The notes below the pieces were generated by a model. The model searched no databases, was not told where the DNA came from, and worked only from the letters and a program-made list of their open reading frames with translations. Source: Tubulanus polymorphus (lineage: Eukaryota > Animalia > Nemertea). Taken from it: DNA of 64,000 nucleotides. Position numbers and translations under genes: made by a program. Below are positions 25,901 through 37,619 of this stretch, piece by piece; position 1 is the first letter of the stretch; each line of letters begins with the position of its first letter. The DNA lies in contig NC_134030.1 of assembly GCF_964204645.1 (NCBI RefSeq), positions 11,181,947 through 11,245,946 of the forward strand, in the 5' to 3' direction.

Positions 25901-28900
25901 ATAAGTTTTTTTAAGAAAATTCAATTTGTTTTCCGTTTGCATTGCGCACGTGGTTATGTTATTGTTTACATCTGACGTCATCGATAAAATAAGGCGCGCA
26001 GCTGAGCCTGCCTGTCAATCAACATAATTGGTTTACACTAAAAATGCGCTTACTTAAAAAACTATGTAGTGTATCAATCTAGAATTTTCGGCACAATATC
26101 CGATACTAAATACCTTACTTTAAAGGTTTATTTGGTGTAAATCGTATCACAAATATTTCTGATATTTTGTTCTTAACTTTTGAAGTGGAAGCCGGTGTCG
26201 GCATCATCAACGTGTGTATGGCTGTACGTACGGGTACTGGCGCTTTAACAGGCTCAGCATTGATGGTGTATTTATGCACGAGTAGATGTAATGATTTGTT
26301 TTAACCAACCGCTAAATCGGCATTCATTACGCATGATTTTAGAAAATGATATTATTCAGAGTATTTGAATATATCTATCATGATAATTATAATATTCTTA
26401 AGACAAGTGAATTACGTATGTGGACCTATTTCATTGAGGCGTATCACTCAATCTGAAAAAAAATCTTCCGATCCTGTCACGTGACTTCATGACTGCAACT
26501 TGACGATAAGCTTTGGTTCTCATTCTTCGAACCAAAACCATCTTCTTTTAGATCGTTTACTATTTAGTAACGAGTTCAGGCCCTCTTCTCTTTTGCGCAT
26601 GGCTTGGTATTTACGGATTGTTACGTATTCATACGTCAAGATAACAGCAACACTAGCCGTAAACTCCAGCCTCCGAACTAAACTGTCTAAATAGGTGGGC
26701 GGCAGAATCAAAATTTAATTAATTTAATTTAATTTAATAAATTTAAACGAGTTTAATGCATCCGAGAGACAACCAAAATTGTTATCGTTTATATGATAGT
26801 TTATTTGTTACCAAGCATTTTTAGCAACAATGCAACCTTGATTTGTGGTATCAGTCACCATGGAAACTGCGTCTGAACATAGCCATTGTTGGAATAATTT
26901 TTCTGTTTTGGCAGGTTTTTGTTGTGCCCATAGAAACCGTAGTAACGAACTATCAAGTAAAATATAATTTTGCAAAGAATGCCCAAAAACTATATCTTTC
27001 AGTAAAGATAACTGAATAATTTACCTCCATCGAAAAGAGCGGCTCAATATCATTTGGAATCGATATTTTGTTTGCTATTCTCCTTCGTCATATATGGCAA
27101 ACAAACGCATTAGAAATATTGTATTGATAATAGTTATTCCAACAATGGCTGCGTTTAGACGCAGTTTCCATGATGACTGATACCATAAATCAATGTTGCA
27201 TTGTTGCTAAAAATGATTGGCAACAAATGAACTATCATATAAACGATAAACATTTTGGATGTCTCTCGGTTGCATTAAACTCGTTAAAAAAGCTACATTT
27301 TTCGATTCTGCCACCCTTCTAAAACTACTAAACTATCTTCCAAAAATTATACCGCAAACGATTTTGCGTCAACGATCTTTTCCATCTGTTATGTTAAGAA
27401 TCGATACGTGTGGTTGGCTGTATCACACATCTACAGGATCATTTTTTTCTATCATCCAAATGAAATAAACTAACGCCTTCACGCTTCCTAAATTAAGATT
27501 AATTGATGTCAATTCTGGATTTGGTCAATAGTTATGTCTTGTATACTTTGTCAACTCTCGTGATCACCATTTCGTTTTGCACCACATTCGTTATACCGCC
27601 AAAATCTTTACAGCCCCGAGGCTTACGTTATAACGAGCTTTGAATGTATATGATATATCATGCCTTTTACATGCGTCAAATATTTCAAATTTGTGTACAC
27701 TTGGAATAGAACCGTACTTCGATAATTTTATTTCAGAATGAATTAAACCCGCTACTGCGTCGTGATTTGAATGATTGCATATATCGGTCATTTTTAGAAA
27801 TATTTACCTTTTACAGAAAATATTTTCACCAGCTGGCGTCATAGAGAATTCTATGGAGATGTTTTTTGGTCTTCAGCGACCTATAAAAACTACTCTAGTT
27901 CAGTTCTTTGTAGTATCATTCCACAACATCGCTTGCTTGCAACTAGAAGTGCATGGATGGTTTATTGGTGGAAATCGTGAGTATGTCCTGGAACATTTTA
28001 GCTCGACTTCTGTTAAATGGACAACAAAGGAAAATCACTGGTTGTCGAACAGTTATTATGATTCATCATATGAATCTTTTTCTTTTTCGATCTTAAAATA
28101 GGGATTGTCCCCATTATTTATTTATTTGGCTGGTAAATTTTGTTTGATTTTTCGATTGAGTGTCCCTTACAGACCCACCACACCTGCCGGGAGCGAAACA
28201 GGGGGTTTGATTTTGAAATCGGAAATCTTATGAATGAATCTTAACGAGAATTCTAACCGTTGGCATACATATCGAAAGATTTATGAAAAGAATTATCTTT
28301 TGTGTTATTTTCTAGTAAGTGGGCATTTCAAAACTGGAATCGTCGATTATAAGTTGTGGCAAATTGGTTATGAGTGGACCATCGCTGCTCCGGAGAATTT
28401 ATATTACCTCATCGAATATCCTATTCAACACATCCCAAGACCAGTTACGATGGTAATCCCGAGATTCAAAGCAATTTTCCTACTTCGCTCGATTTATCAT
28501 ATCGCTGATATTCGAATATGGGCTTTGACCTTATAGTTATCGTATGGTTGAATTGTTTCCGTGACCTACGACACAACATTGAAAGTGATTCGCCATACTG
28601 ATTTCCCCAAAACAATCATTATTCCATGATACAGATCTAGTAGACTAGAATACCCGCCCAAGGCGGATGGCATGGGGGGCAAATGTGAAAAAAAGAAGTT
28701 ACAGCAAGAATAAGTTATTTTTTTGAATGAGCTTTCTTACAAATAACTGAGAAATAAAAAAAAACAAAATGTCTAAAAATTTCAAAAAATCAAAACTTTG
28801 TAGGTGAACTTGGCATCCACTGTTAGATTTCATCCGTCTTATTTCGAATTTATCAATGCATACCGTCGATCATGATTGATTTACAATGTATTTTAAGGAA

Positions 28901-31900
28901 AGATTCAAAGATAATTGGTTTAGAAATTCGACCACTACCACGCGGGTATTTGAGGTTCATCACATTGGTCTTGACGGCAGTAAGAAAACCAGTACATTCG
29001 ATGAACTACCGACGTTGGTTGTGAACAGAAATGAAACTCTCCTCTTTCGGATAATTGTCAGACTTTCCGACAGCATATTTTCCGCCAAAGGTTTTTGGCT
29101 TAGATTAAATGTGACAGAAATAGGTAGGAACTTCAATCCCCGGTGTCGTCGCTTCAGGTATAAACGGAATCGTGGAACCTTCCAATAACGAATCGCTTGG
29201 GCATATGGGTACCGGGAAGTTTAATACACTACTACAGATTCGAACCATAAAGTAATAGACCGGATTTTCAAATAAAAGGCCTTATTCAACAGTCTTTCTC
29301 GTGACGGCATATCACGATGAACCATGTCATTTGACAAGTAATATTGGACTTTCACTATGCCACATTAGTAAGCGTTAGAACTACTTTAAGATAAACTGCT
29401 GTCACGAGGCCAACTATACCGGCTCACACCTGATGGTGGCAAGAGTCGCATAGTGTAGTGTACTTTGCTAATTTCTTTAGCAAATTGACAACACAGAAAT
29501 GAAAGTCCCGCAGCCTTAAAAGACTTCAGGCACCCAAATATCAGGAACTGTGGGTAGTACTACAATTTTCAATAAGGTATGAGGGGATTAAGCTTTCAAA
29601 TCAGAATACAAGCTATATATACTATCTTGCCACGCTAGAGGTGCACGTATACAATTGGTACGGCGGTAGAGTACCGCTATTACAATTCTGATAAAATTCA
29701 AACTGCAGGTAGAGAAAGATTGAGTGAAGACTGCTGTTAGGCATGACTTAAAACCGATTAGAAACATTTTGTACACTAAATAATCTTTGATTATCATTGA
29801 AAGAAATATACCCGAGATATTCCGGATAATACAATTGTTTTGATAGCTTATATTCGACGTTATTGAACTAATTCCGCAGAATCTATATACTTAGTGAAGA
29901 CATCGGTACAAAGAAGGGATGAATCTAACTTTTTACTGAAAATTATGAAATTGTATCCATCATCTTTTCTTTTATCGTATCTTACTTTATTCTTTGAAGA
30001 TTGCCCAGGATACGGATTCTTCGATGGGACTGATTCTTCTATTCGGAAGCTGGAAAAAGAATGTAGTATATTTGCGTCACCGCTGTTCCCGGTCAGGCAT
30101 GGGCGGTCATTATCCATCACATGGCACATCAAACTTAGATTATTTAGTAACTTCATTAAACTTACCTTCTACCAATTCGAATTAAAATCGTCTTCTGGTG
30201 GGTGCGCCGTTAACTACTTGGGCGTTTTACAAATAACAGGCTCCTTTGAACGGTTCTGTAACAACCATTTGCCACCTAGCGCTATTTTCAGTGATTGGCA
30301 TATGTTGACAATCAATATGACTGTTAGCGGATCATCTCCGAGAGGAACGGGATTTTTAGCAAATTACCAATCACTCGCCACTGTATACGATAAATATCTC
30401 GGAGGAAATGAATCAGGCTAGTGAAATGTGACGCAAGCTTTAGCATGTAGTAATGCAAACAGTGACGGAAATTTTATTCACTTAATTAATTAAGATATTG
30501 AAAAGACCATTATTGTGTCTTTCTTTTCTCTCCTAAAGCCATTCATTGGTTATGATTTAAATGAACGTCTAAATTTTTTCACATACATGATCATTCGTAT
30601 TTTTATCCGCAATTCGTATATGTTAACTTCATCGGTCTCTCTCATTGTAGCATCCAAATGTGAATCAAATTGGGTGTACCATGACGGCAATTGTTTGGGT
30701 CTACGGTCGGCTAATGAGAGCTCGTTTTTGAAGATTTTTGCTGCCAACAGACTTTGTGAAGCGGAAGGTGGTTTTCTTGCAAGCATTAAAAATGCAGACG
30801 AGGCTAAAACAATTCACTTCATCCTGATTTCCAACTTTCGGGGTCGGAAAACTCTGAGAAAAGTCTATATTGGTGATGACAAATGATTTCCATTTCTGGT
30901 TTTTTTCGTTATGGGTAACTATGTGTATAAATCCATCTTTAACCTTTATCCCATTATTCCATTTAGGTTTGTATGATAAAACTAACACTCGAGACTTCCA
31001 ATGGCTTGACAATAGTGCAGTAGGATTTACAGCATGGTGAGTTTATTCAGCAGCGTTTTTGTTTTAACACACTTGGTTCGCGTACTTCAATAATCACTAA
31101 ACATAATTTCCAAATTATAAGATTCTTTAATTCTATTATGAGCCACAACTAACAGCCATTTTCAGATGGAATAATCACAAATTAGTAGAATTTATCAAAT
31201 CTAATGTGTATTACAATTCAAAATTGTTATGATATCACTATCATCTAATCTTTACACATTATTTCATATTTCGTCCACAACAACTGGTCTTTAGGGCCAT
31301 GGGGCAGCCTGATGGAGGAGCATTAGAGAGGTGTGTCTATTTAGATCAAAGGTCACTGAAACCTGATGTGTCCCGGTCAAATTGGTTCGATTTTCCGTGT
31401 GGTCGACCGACTACGAATCACTATATTTGCAAGAAACCGAGCGCAAGATTACCATCAGATGAAAGAGGTAAAAAGATTCTCGATCATTTGGGTAAAGACA
31501 TTTCCTACAAAATTTCTATGACATACTTCCAACGTCTTTAGAGCGTATGTTCAATTGGACGCAGCTTCTAACGATGCCGTCAGGTAACGATTCCATGTGC
31601 GCTGATTATGGATTGGTTCCATGTAAGAATGGAGAATGTATACACAAAACTGACGTTTGTAATGGTATCGAAAATTGTCGAGATTCATCGGATGAAACAA
31701 ATTGCGGTAATTATAGTAACAGTTTGTGCTAACATTCTAATAAATATATCGATAATAATATAGGTAATAATAAAAATAATAATGGTGATAATGTTATGTC
31801 GGAGTTGTGGCGATGTCGCTGTCAAAATACATATAAACGTACTATAGATAACATAATAACGAGATTCTATTCATTACCGTTAGAAAGTAGCAACCACGCT

Positions 31901-34900
31901 GTGAATTTTTCCAAAGGCATTTCTTCACTATCAAACACGCTTATTTCGGAAGACTTAAATCCGGATATCGATCAAATCAGGGTATTGATAATCATCTGTC
32001 CAATCAAATATGATTTTTATTCGGATTTCCCATAAACTGGATTAATTCTATTGGTCCCAAAACATCCGATCGCCAATGATCGGGTGAGTTATGTAGCAGT
32101 AGGGGACGATTGTCGTATAAAGAGAAAATAAGGTTTTCAATTTCACACATTTTGCATTGCTCAATAGGTACCAATACTTCGTGATGATTTCCAAAATTAA
32201 TTCAATGATGTGATCTTTAGTCCATCCAAATAGTATATATACCTGCTTATTTTCTTGAATCGAAGTATTTTTCGTCATCAATGTTTCAGCAACACACTGT
32301 CCTGGAAATAGGTTTCAATGTGGTAACGGGCGATGCATATCCTTATCATACCTGTGTGATTTCAGAAACGACTGTGGGGATGGATCTGATGAATCATTTT
32401 GTCGTTAAGTCTTTATTTTCGTTAAATGATTAAAATTTCCGATGATAACAGAAACAGCTAATGTTTTCAATGATTGACAATGAAACATAATTCATAATGA
32501 ATTCAAGAAAATCGCTGAAATATTTTGCTATTTGATATTGTAGATCACCCAGCGTGTAATGCTGCAGAGTACGAGTGTCAAAGTGGCCAATGCATCCCAA
32601 ATATGAAACATTATGACCACGTAACGGACTGTATCGATGGATCAGATGAGGTACCCGATACAGGTAACATCACTCGACACCGAATGAAATTTCTCTTAAA
32701 TGAACTGTTACCAAAAGTATTCCAATCACTTGAGTAACAGGAAAAAATTGACCCAAAAGTGACGCCTTAATGAATAATTGTGACATATTTCCGATAATGA
32801 CAAGCGTAATATTAATAATATAACATTAGTGATCAAGTTATTTAGATTTCCATATATCGCAATTGAATCGAATTGACCAGCAACCATGATTCTAGCCTGA
32901 ATTGAGACGTATTGCAATAAGTCATGAAATTCAGTTTCAAATACACAATTGTAACGGCATAATACACAAAATGTAAGGGTCAAGCTGCTAGAGTACGAAA
33001 CGACGAAATTGCGAGATATGAAACGGAATTACGAAATGCAAAACGAAATTACGAAATATTAATTTTTTTGCGAGTAGTGCTTAAGTACGTGAAACGAAAT
33101 AAGAAACAAATGGTCATATTTCAAACACGACCATACTATAGTCACAGCTCGCGATGACGCCACGGGACTGTCCAAAGTTGGGCGGTACAAGTAAATGATC
33201 TTTTGAAAGTATTCAGGAATTCTATCTTCTTAAACTGAAAGGTGTTTAGCCTATTGACATTTTGAGACGGTCACAAAGTTGATATGATAAATTATACATC
33301 GGAATCTATAGTGTGTGGTCGTTATTTCATTTCATCCATCGTGGATCAAACAATATGATTTGCTTTAAGGAACCAGAAAGTCACCTGATAGCGTGAATTC
33401 AAAGTGAGCGTTTCCAGGAAATCAATAATGAAGCCTAAGCCTAAAAAATGAATATCTTGTTTCTCCGCCGCGGCCAGGTCATTTTGTAAATTCCTATAAA
33501 ATGTTTTGATCTGGTCATTTCTATAGCTGCCGGGTCTGTTATTGTATGCCTGATCATTGAAAAAAGTAATGTACAGGGCGGAGGTGGCCGACCGACCCAC
33601 ATTTTAAGCTCAGCAGAGTGGAGCAACAAGCTTTGGGTATCATTATTTAGCCTAAACACAGCAGGATGTGTTTGCACACTTCGTTCCCTAACCCGTAATT
33701 TATTGATCGGTTCCTTCAAGTTATATGAGCATGCGTAGATCATTTTCCCCTCACAGGGATTCGAACCTGCTGATATCGCTAAACTCGGCCAAGGCGTTGA
33801 ACCCCGCCATATTAGACCGATTGCGTATGTTTAATTAAGCCAGCTGCATGAGTCTGCCAATTTCGTTTCGAACATGTATTCCATTTCACAATTTAGCAGG
33901 ACACGCGAAAGAATGGCCATTTCGTTTCGTACTTCAGCATTTCGTTATTTCGTTTCATATTTCGTTTTTTTCGGTTTTTTCTTTCGTAGAATGCAACGGG
34001 TTCCAGTGTTACGATGGATCGTGTCATCCGTCCGCTTGGAAATGTGACGTAACGTTAGATTGTTCGGGTGCATTTCGAGAAGATGAAACCGGTTGTACTA
34101 AACGTAAGCGAAATACCGGACCGTGCTTTCATGGAACATATTCTGGCGTGGAAACTTTCCACTAATGATCGATTACCAAGTGATTCAATTACCGTCTTTC
34201 ATCGTTTGTTTTCGAGGAATACCGCAAGATGGATTCACTGAATGCGCCAACGGTTTCGTTTACAACTCTTCGCAAAACTGTATGTACGACTTGGATCAAT
34301 ACGGATATTCAACACCATGTCGGGATTATTCACATCTCATTGACTGCGGTAATAAAAAACCTCTTGCCACTCTAATCGTCCATTAGATCTTCTTAATTAT
34401 AACATGGAATTTGAAAATGCAATCATATCACATCAACGGCTGGTGAGATAATGTCGAAAAAATTAAATGAATTTTGCTTTATTTCATATGCTGCGTTGTC
34501 TGTCCAGTTTTATCCGCTTCGTTTGGTCCCATTTACTTACATGTAGTGCAAATAAGGGCTACAGTTATTCTTGCAACCAATAATACTTCTTGAAAAGAAT
34601 ACACATAACTTTTTTGTATGGTATAAAACCCGTCGGAGATCATACAGATTTGATACCGAGATTGCGTAAATGTTATAGCAAGTTTTATGTTTTAATCAAT
34701 GAATAAGACCTATCTCTACTTTCAGCACGTTTTATTTGTCCACCTGGCTATTTCAAATGTTCTACTAGCTACTGTATCGCAGCAAAGTTCGTTTGCAATG
34801 GACAACCAGAATGTCCTAACAAAGAGGATGAACACAACTGTGGTATGCCGTCATCTATGATGAGATGCGAAAATCTACCAACAGACAAGTGAATCACAAA

Positions 34901-37619
34901 ATATCTTTATTTCTTTGATTTACAGACACATACGTATGCCCTGGTATGTACAGATGTTCTTCGACAAAACAGTGTGTGCCTCTGAACGAAGTGTGTGACA
35001 GGATAAATCAGTGTCCGAGCAACGATGACGAACGATTTTGCGACATGGAAATTCCTAGTCCCTGTATCGGGTACGGTTATTCCTTGTCTTGTCATTCAAT
35101 GGAACAAAGCCATCTACCACCCAACGGCAATTACTTTGTCGCCAGGTCGATTGGTTTATTCAACAATACACAGTTGAGTCTAAACTCCGCTACATTTCGT
35201 TCGTTCACTTATTTGACTTACCTCGACCTAAGGTTGTGCGGTGTGAAAGAAATATCGACGGGAATCGTATCATATTTACTTAATCTTCTTTTTCTTGATC
35301 TTCGTGATAATCCGTTGGTGATTATTCAAGTCAATAGTTTGAGTCTTGCAAATCTTCGATCTGTCCAGCTCTACGGGAATAAAATCCTTTCCACAATAGA
35401 ACATGGCACATTTTCGAACACATCCGCTCTGGAAAAACTCGATCTGCACGGAACAAACCTTACTGTTCTAACATCAGGTATGTTTCTAGGACTCTCATCA
35501 GTAAAATCATTGAATCTCAGTGGCAGCAATCTTGTTGAAATACAGGATGGTGCATTTGAAGGTCTCGGCAATGTATCGCATTTGGATATATCTAACAATG
35601 ACATACAGACATTTAGCAGTGTGATTTTCATTGAACTTAGATCTCTGAGTTATTTACGAAGTGATCATTATAAGTTCTGCTGTATGGCTGAAGGTGTCTT
35701 GGAAGCTAACTGTTACCCTCCAAAAAATATATTTTCATCTTGCTCTGATTTGATGAGCAGCTACGTCTTACGGGTTAGCCTGTGGATCGTTGGGACCGTA
35801 GCTCTAGTAGGAAATCTCGTAGCTGTACTGATTCGCTTTTGTTACGATCCGTTGTTGTCAGCAAATGGTCGATTAACTCTAAGTCTTGCGCTATCAGACT
35901 TCGCGATGGGTATGTATATGTACGTTATCGCTAGCGCCGATACTTACTTTCGTGGTACCTACATCATACACGATGAAAAGTGGAGAAATGGAGCATTGTG
36001 CAAGTTTGCAGGATTTCTCGCGACATTATCTAGTGAAGTATCCATGATAATGTTGTTAATCATGTCTTTAGACAGATTCGTGGCAGTCGTATTTCCTTTC
36101 TCCCAATTGAAACTGACACCTAGACGGGCTTCAATTTGCATCTTTTTTACGTGGTTGTCTGGTTTTGTCATTGCTGTTTTGCCTCTTCTACCCATTCAAT
36201 ACTTCGACAAATTCTACTCGCGTTCTGGAGTGTGCTTGTCTCTACATCTAACGTCTGAAAAGCGTCCTGGTTGGGAGTATGCTGTTGCGGTGTTTATTGG
36301 ATTAAACTGCGTGGGGTTCATTGTTATAGCCGCGTGTTACGTATGCATGTACAACGTTATATCTAGATCTAGCCAAAAAAGACACCAAATGAAGTCCCAA
36401 GTTACAGAAGTAGCTGTCGCAAGAAAGATGATGTTAATAATACTCACAGATTTCTGTGCTTGGATGCCGATAATCATACTAGGTAGGTGCGGCATCATAG
36501 CACAGGTTATTCACGTCACTTAAGTTATACATGTTGTGCAGTTGTTCTTCGTGCAGCTTGAACTTATCGAATGTCATTCTAAGGCTACATAGCTGCACCT
36601 TTAATGCTTCTTATTTAAATTTTAGGAACGCTTGCAGTTAGTGGTCAGGTTACGATTCCGGGTGACGTTTACGCATGGATAGCCGTATTTGTATTGCCGA
36701 TAAACAGTGCTATTAATCCCTTGCTGTACACCATAGCAGGCTACAGATCTATGTAAGTCGTCTTGCAATAAAAAATACCTTTGATCAAGATAGCCAGATT
36801 ACATTGCATTGGAATATGTAAACCGACTGCGAATGTATTATCTTTTCAGTAGAGAAAATGCAAGAAAACGGAAGTTCGATGCACTACGTAAGTTTTCGAT
36901 TCAATAAATCAATTCTTAGTACAATTTATCCATAATCGTAGACATTATAGATGTAAGATTTAAGAGATCCAACGAATCCGTGCCATGCCATGTCTTTTTC
37001 AGAAAACGACCTTAGAGATGGAAGTACTAAAGATGTAACACTTTTGTTACCGAATGTTCTACCCATAGTTAGTCATGAGAACCTGAGTCATTTGTCAACA
37101 TTATCGTCGTTCTTTCGCAACGAGAGAAATGTGGATCTACGCACGGCACTTATTATACTGCGCCGACTCGCAAATGCGATACATGAAATCCATTCTAGAG
37201 ATATGTCTCTGAAAACGCTAGACGTAAACATAATACTTGTCGGAAATAAAAAGGTAGACACATTTTCCACAATATGTACGCCTATCTGTAAAAAGTAATT
37301 AAATAGCTTTAGGGCTGCAGCAACTACATTGTATGTTTTACTCATCCTGATTCCACATCCAAGAGGAAACCAGTTTAATTCCCCTCCCCCATCCAGTACC
37401 GTAGCAAACAAATATTTATGAAGTCACCCCTAAATCTATGAATCAATGGCAGAATTTTCTATCGTGTTTCAGAACACTCATGATGGCAAACTGGACGTTT
37501 TTCTCACCACTGATAGGGTACACGGGTTAAACGGCATTGCAGAAGATATCTTACAGTTTGGTAAAATTGTGCTGTTTATTTTGCGTAAAATGAGTACTTT
37601 CAAGAAACGAATGGAGTAG
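4640..37619 (+). CDS. GRL101: Giant multi-exon GRL101-like LDLa/LRR GPCR (type C LGR) with mosaic ectodomain and kinase-like tail; 5' end not located
   Basis: About 35 same-strand exons with canonical acceptors/donors and compatible phases (mostly phase 1 between domains), running to a TAG at 37617-37619. The link between 30000 and 37619 is strong. The link to exons upstream of 30000 is inferred from phase only. Confidence 0.7.
5986..6653 (+). CDS. Exons 5986-6224 and 6563-6653: MAM-like domain
   Basis: [21 protein letters not shown] joined in phase 0 to [20 protein letters not shown]; IAIDDI..C is the MAM C-terminal signature. Confidence 0.7.
6766..7278 (+). CDS. Exons 6766-6975 and 7111-7278: divergent C-type lectin domain 1
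   Basis: [39 protein letters not shown]. Confidence 0.75.
7458..8127. mobile_element. MITE with AAAAATGTCCC(GG) subterminal repeats
   Basis: GGTAAAAATGTCCCGGGA.. / ..TCCCGGGACATTTTTACC TIRs; inverted homologous copy at 55448-55998. Confidence 0.8.
9559..10281 (+). CDS. Exons 9559-9753 (unassigned), 9830-10141 (kringle domain 2) and 10243-10281 (possible linker)
   Basis: [53 protein letters not shown] is a canonical six-Cys kringle. Confidence 0.85.
10955..11513 (+). CDS. Exons 10955-11073, 11163-11289 and 11403-11513: C-type lectin domain 2
   Basis: [49 protein letters not shown]; phases compatible. Confidence 0.8.
12163..13043. mobile_element. Intronic TIR element (GGG..CCC termini, Harbinger/ISL2EU-like)
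   Basis: GGGTCTGTCTAAAGAACATACGTCTAACTGCCC matches the reverse complement of GGGCGGTTAGAGGTATGTGCTTTAGACAGACCC; TSD unclear. Confidence 0.7.
14225..14527. repeat. Tandem repeat, ~61-bp unit, about 5 copies
   Basis: Repeats of CCAATGTGTTTGGACAAATT..TTTTGATTGCCCACTTCGGTGGTCGGAT. Confidence 0.9.
15674..16670 (+). CDS. Exons 15674-16270 (unassigned ~199-aa domain) and 16455-16670 (F-type-lectin/galactose-binding-like half domain)
   Basis: Long stop-free frames between tttcag acceptors and G|GT donors; second exon ends in [15 protein letters not shown]. Confidence 0.6.
17590..18232 (+). pseudogene. SGNH/GDSL hydrolase (esterase) ORF of the retrotransposon, frameshifted near 17970-18010
   Basis: Blocks [17 protein letters not shown] and DGVHL. 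Confidence 0.85.
18957..19758 (+). pseudogene. Gag-like ORF with CCCH/CCHC zinc fingers, frameshifted near 19190
   Basis: [23 protein letters not shown] and [29 protein letters not shown]. Confidence 0.8.
19730..21300 (+). pseudogene. Reverse transcriptase-RNase H, several frameshifts
   Basis: [53 protein letters not shown] and HSDNQAVV spread over ORFs 19583, 20230 and 20909. Confidence 0.9.
21290..22183 (+). pseudogene. Tyrosine recombinase, frameshifted
   Basis: [45 protein letters not shown]. Confidence 0.9.
22802..23332 (+). CDS. Exons 22802-22957 and 23102-23332: F-type-lectin/discoidin-fold domain
   Basis: [25 protein letters not shown]. Confidence 0.7.
23610..27976 (+). CDS. Exons 23610-23761, 25146-25298 and 27817-27976: FA58C/discoidin domain
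   Basis: [21 protein letters not shown]|[17 protein letters not shown]; phase-0 joins. Confidence 0.8.
23835..24953. mobile_element. Intronic MITE with ~110-bp TIRs (hAT-like CGGTGTT termini) and an internal ~77-bp tandem duplication (24183-24340)
   Basis: CGGTGTTCTCATATCGTGGAATGACGGAATCGCGGAATTTT matches the reverse complement of AAAATTCCGCGATTCCGTGATTCAGCGATATGTCAACACCG. Confidence 0.8.
26693..27318. mobile_element. Foldback MITE with ~200-bp TIRs
   Basis: 26693-26900 is the approximate reverse complement of 27132-27318. Confidence 0.85.
28316..30416 (+). CDS. Exons 28316-28452 and 28898-29123 (divergent CUB) and 30000-30416 (CUB)
   Basis: [21 protein letters not shown]; [39 protein letters not shown]. 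Confidence 0.8.
30651..31467 (+). CDS. Exons 30651-30872, 30967-31036 and 31295-31467: C-type lectin domain 3 with QPD motif
   Basis: [57 protein letters not shown]. Confidence 0.9.
31542..34842 (+). CDS. Six single-exon LDLa repeats (31542-31706, 32290-32403, 32544-32663, 33990-34103, 34217-34348, 34726-34842)
   Basis: C..F.C.NG.CI....CD...DC.DGSDE..C patterns; one is the GRL101-type variant CMYDLD..G...CRDYSHL..C; all phase 1-1. Confidence 0.9.
32994..33988. mobile_element. Degenerate inverted-repeat element with (ACGAAAT)n ends and a tRNA-derived SINE-like fragment (about 33740-33830, - strand)
   Basis: ACGAAA-rich left arm versus TTTCGT-rich right arm; GGTTCGAATCCC B-box on the - strand. 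Confidence 0.5.
34926..36752 (+). CDS. GRL101: Exons 34926-36482 and 36626-36752: LDLa7, LRRs, hinge and rhodopsin-class 7TM of a GRL101/RXFP-like receptor
   Basis: LxxLxLxxN repeats; type C LGR hinge KFCC..CYPP..SSCSDLM; SLDRF in TM3, TDFCAWMP in TM6, [13 protein letters not shown] in TM7. Confidence 0.95.
36850..37619 (+). CDS. Exons 36850-36887, 37003-37253 and 37473-37619: cytoplasmic tail with kinase C-lobe-like (pseudokinase) segment, then stop
   Basis: In-phase splice chain from TM7; [45 protein letters not shown]. Confidence 0.7.
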
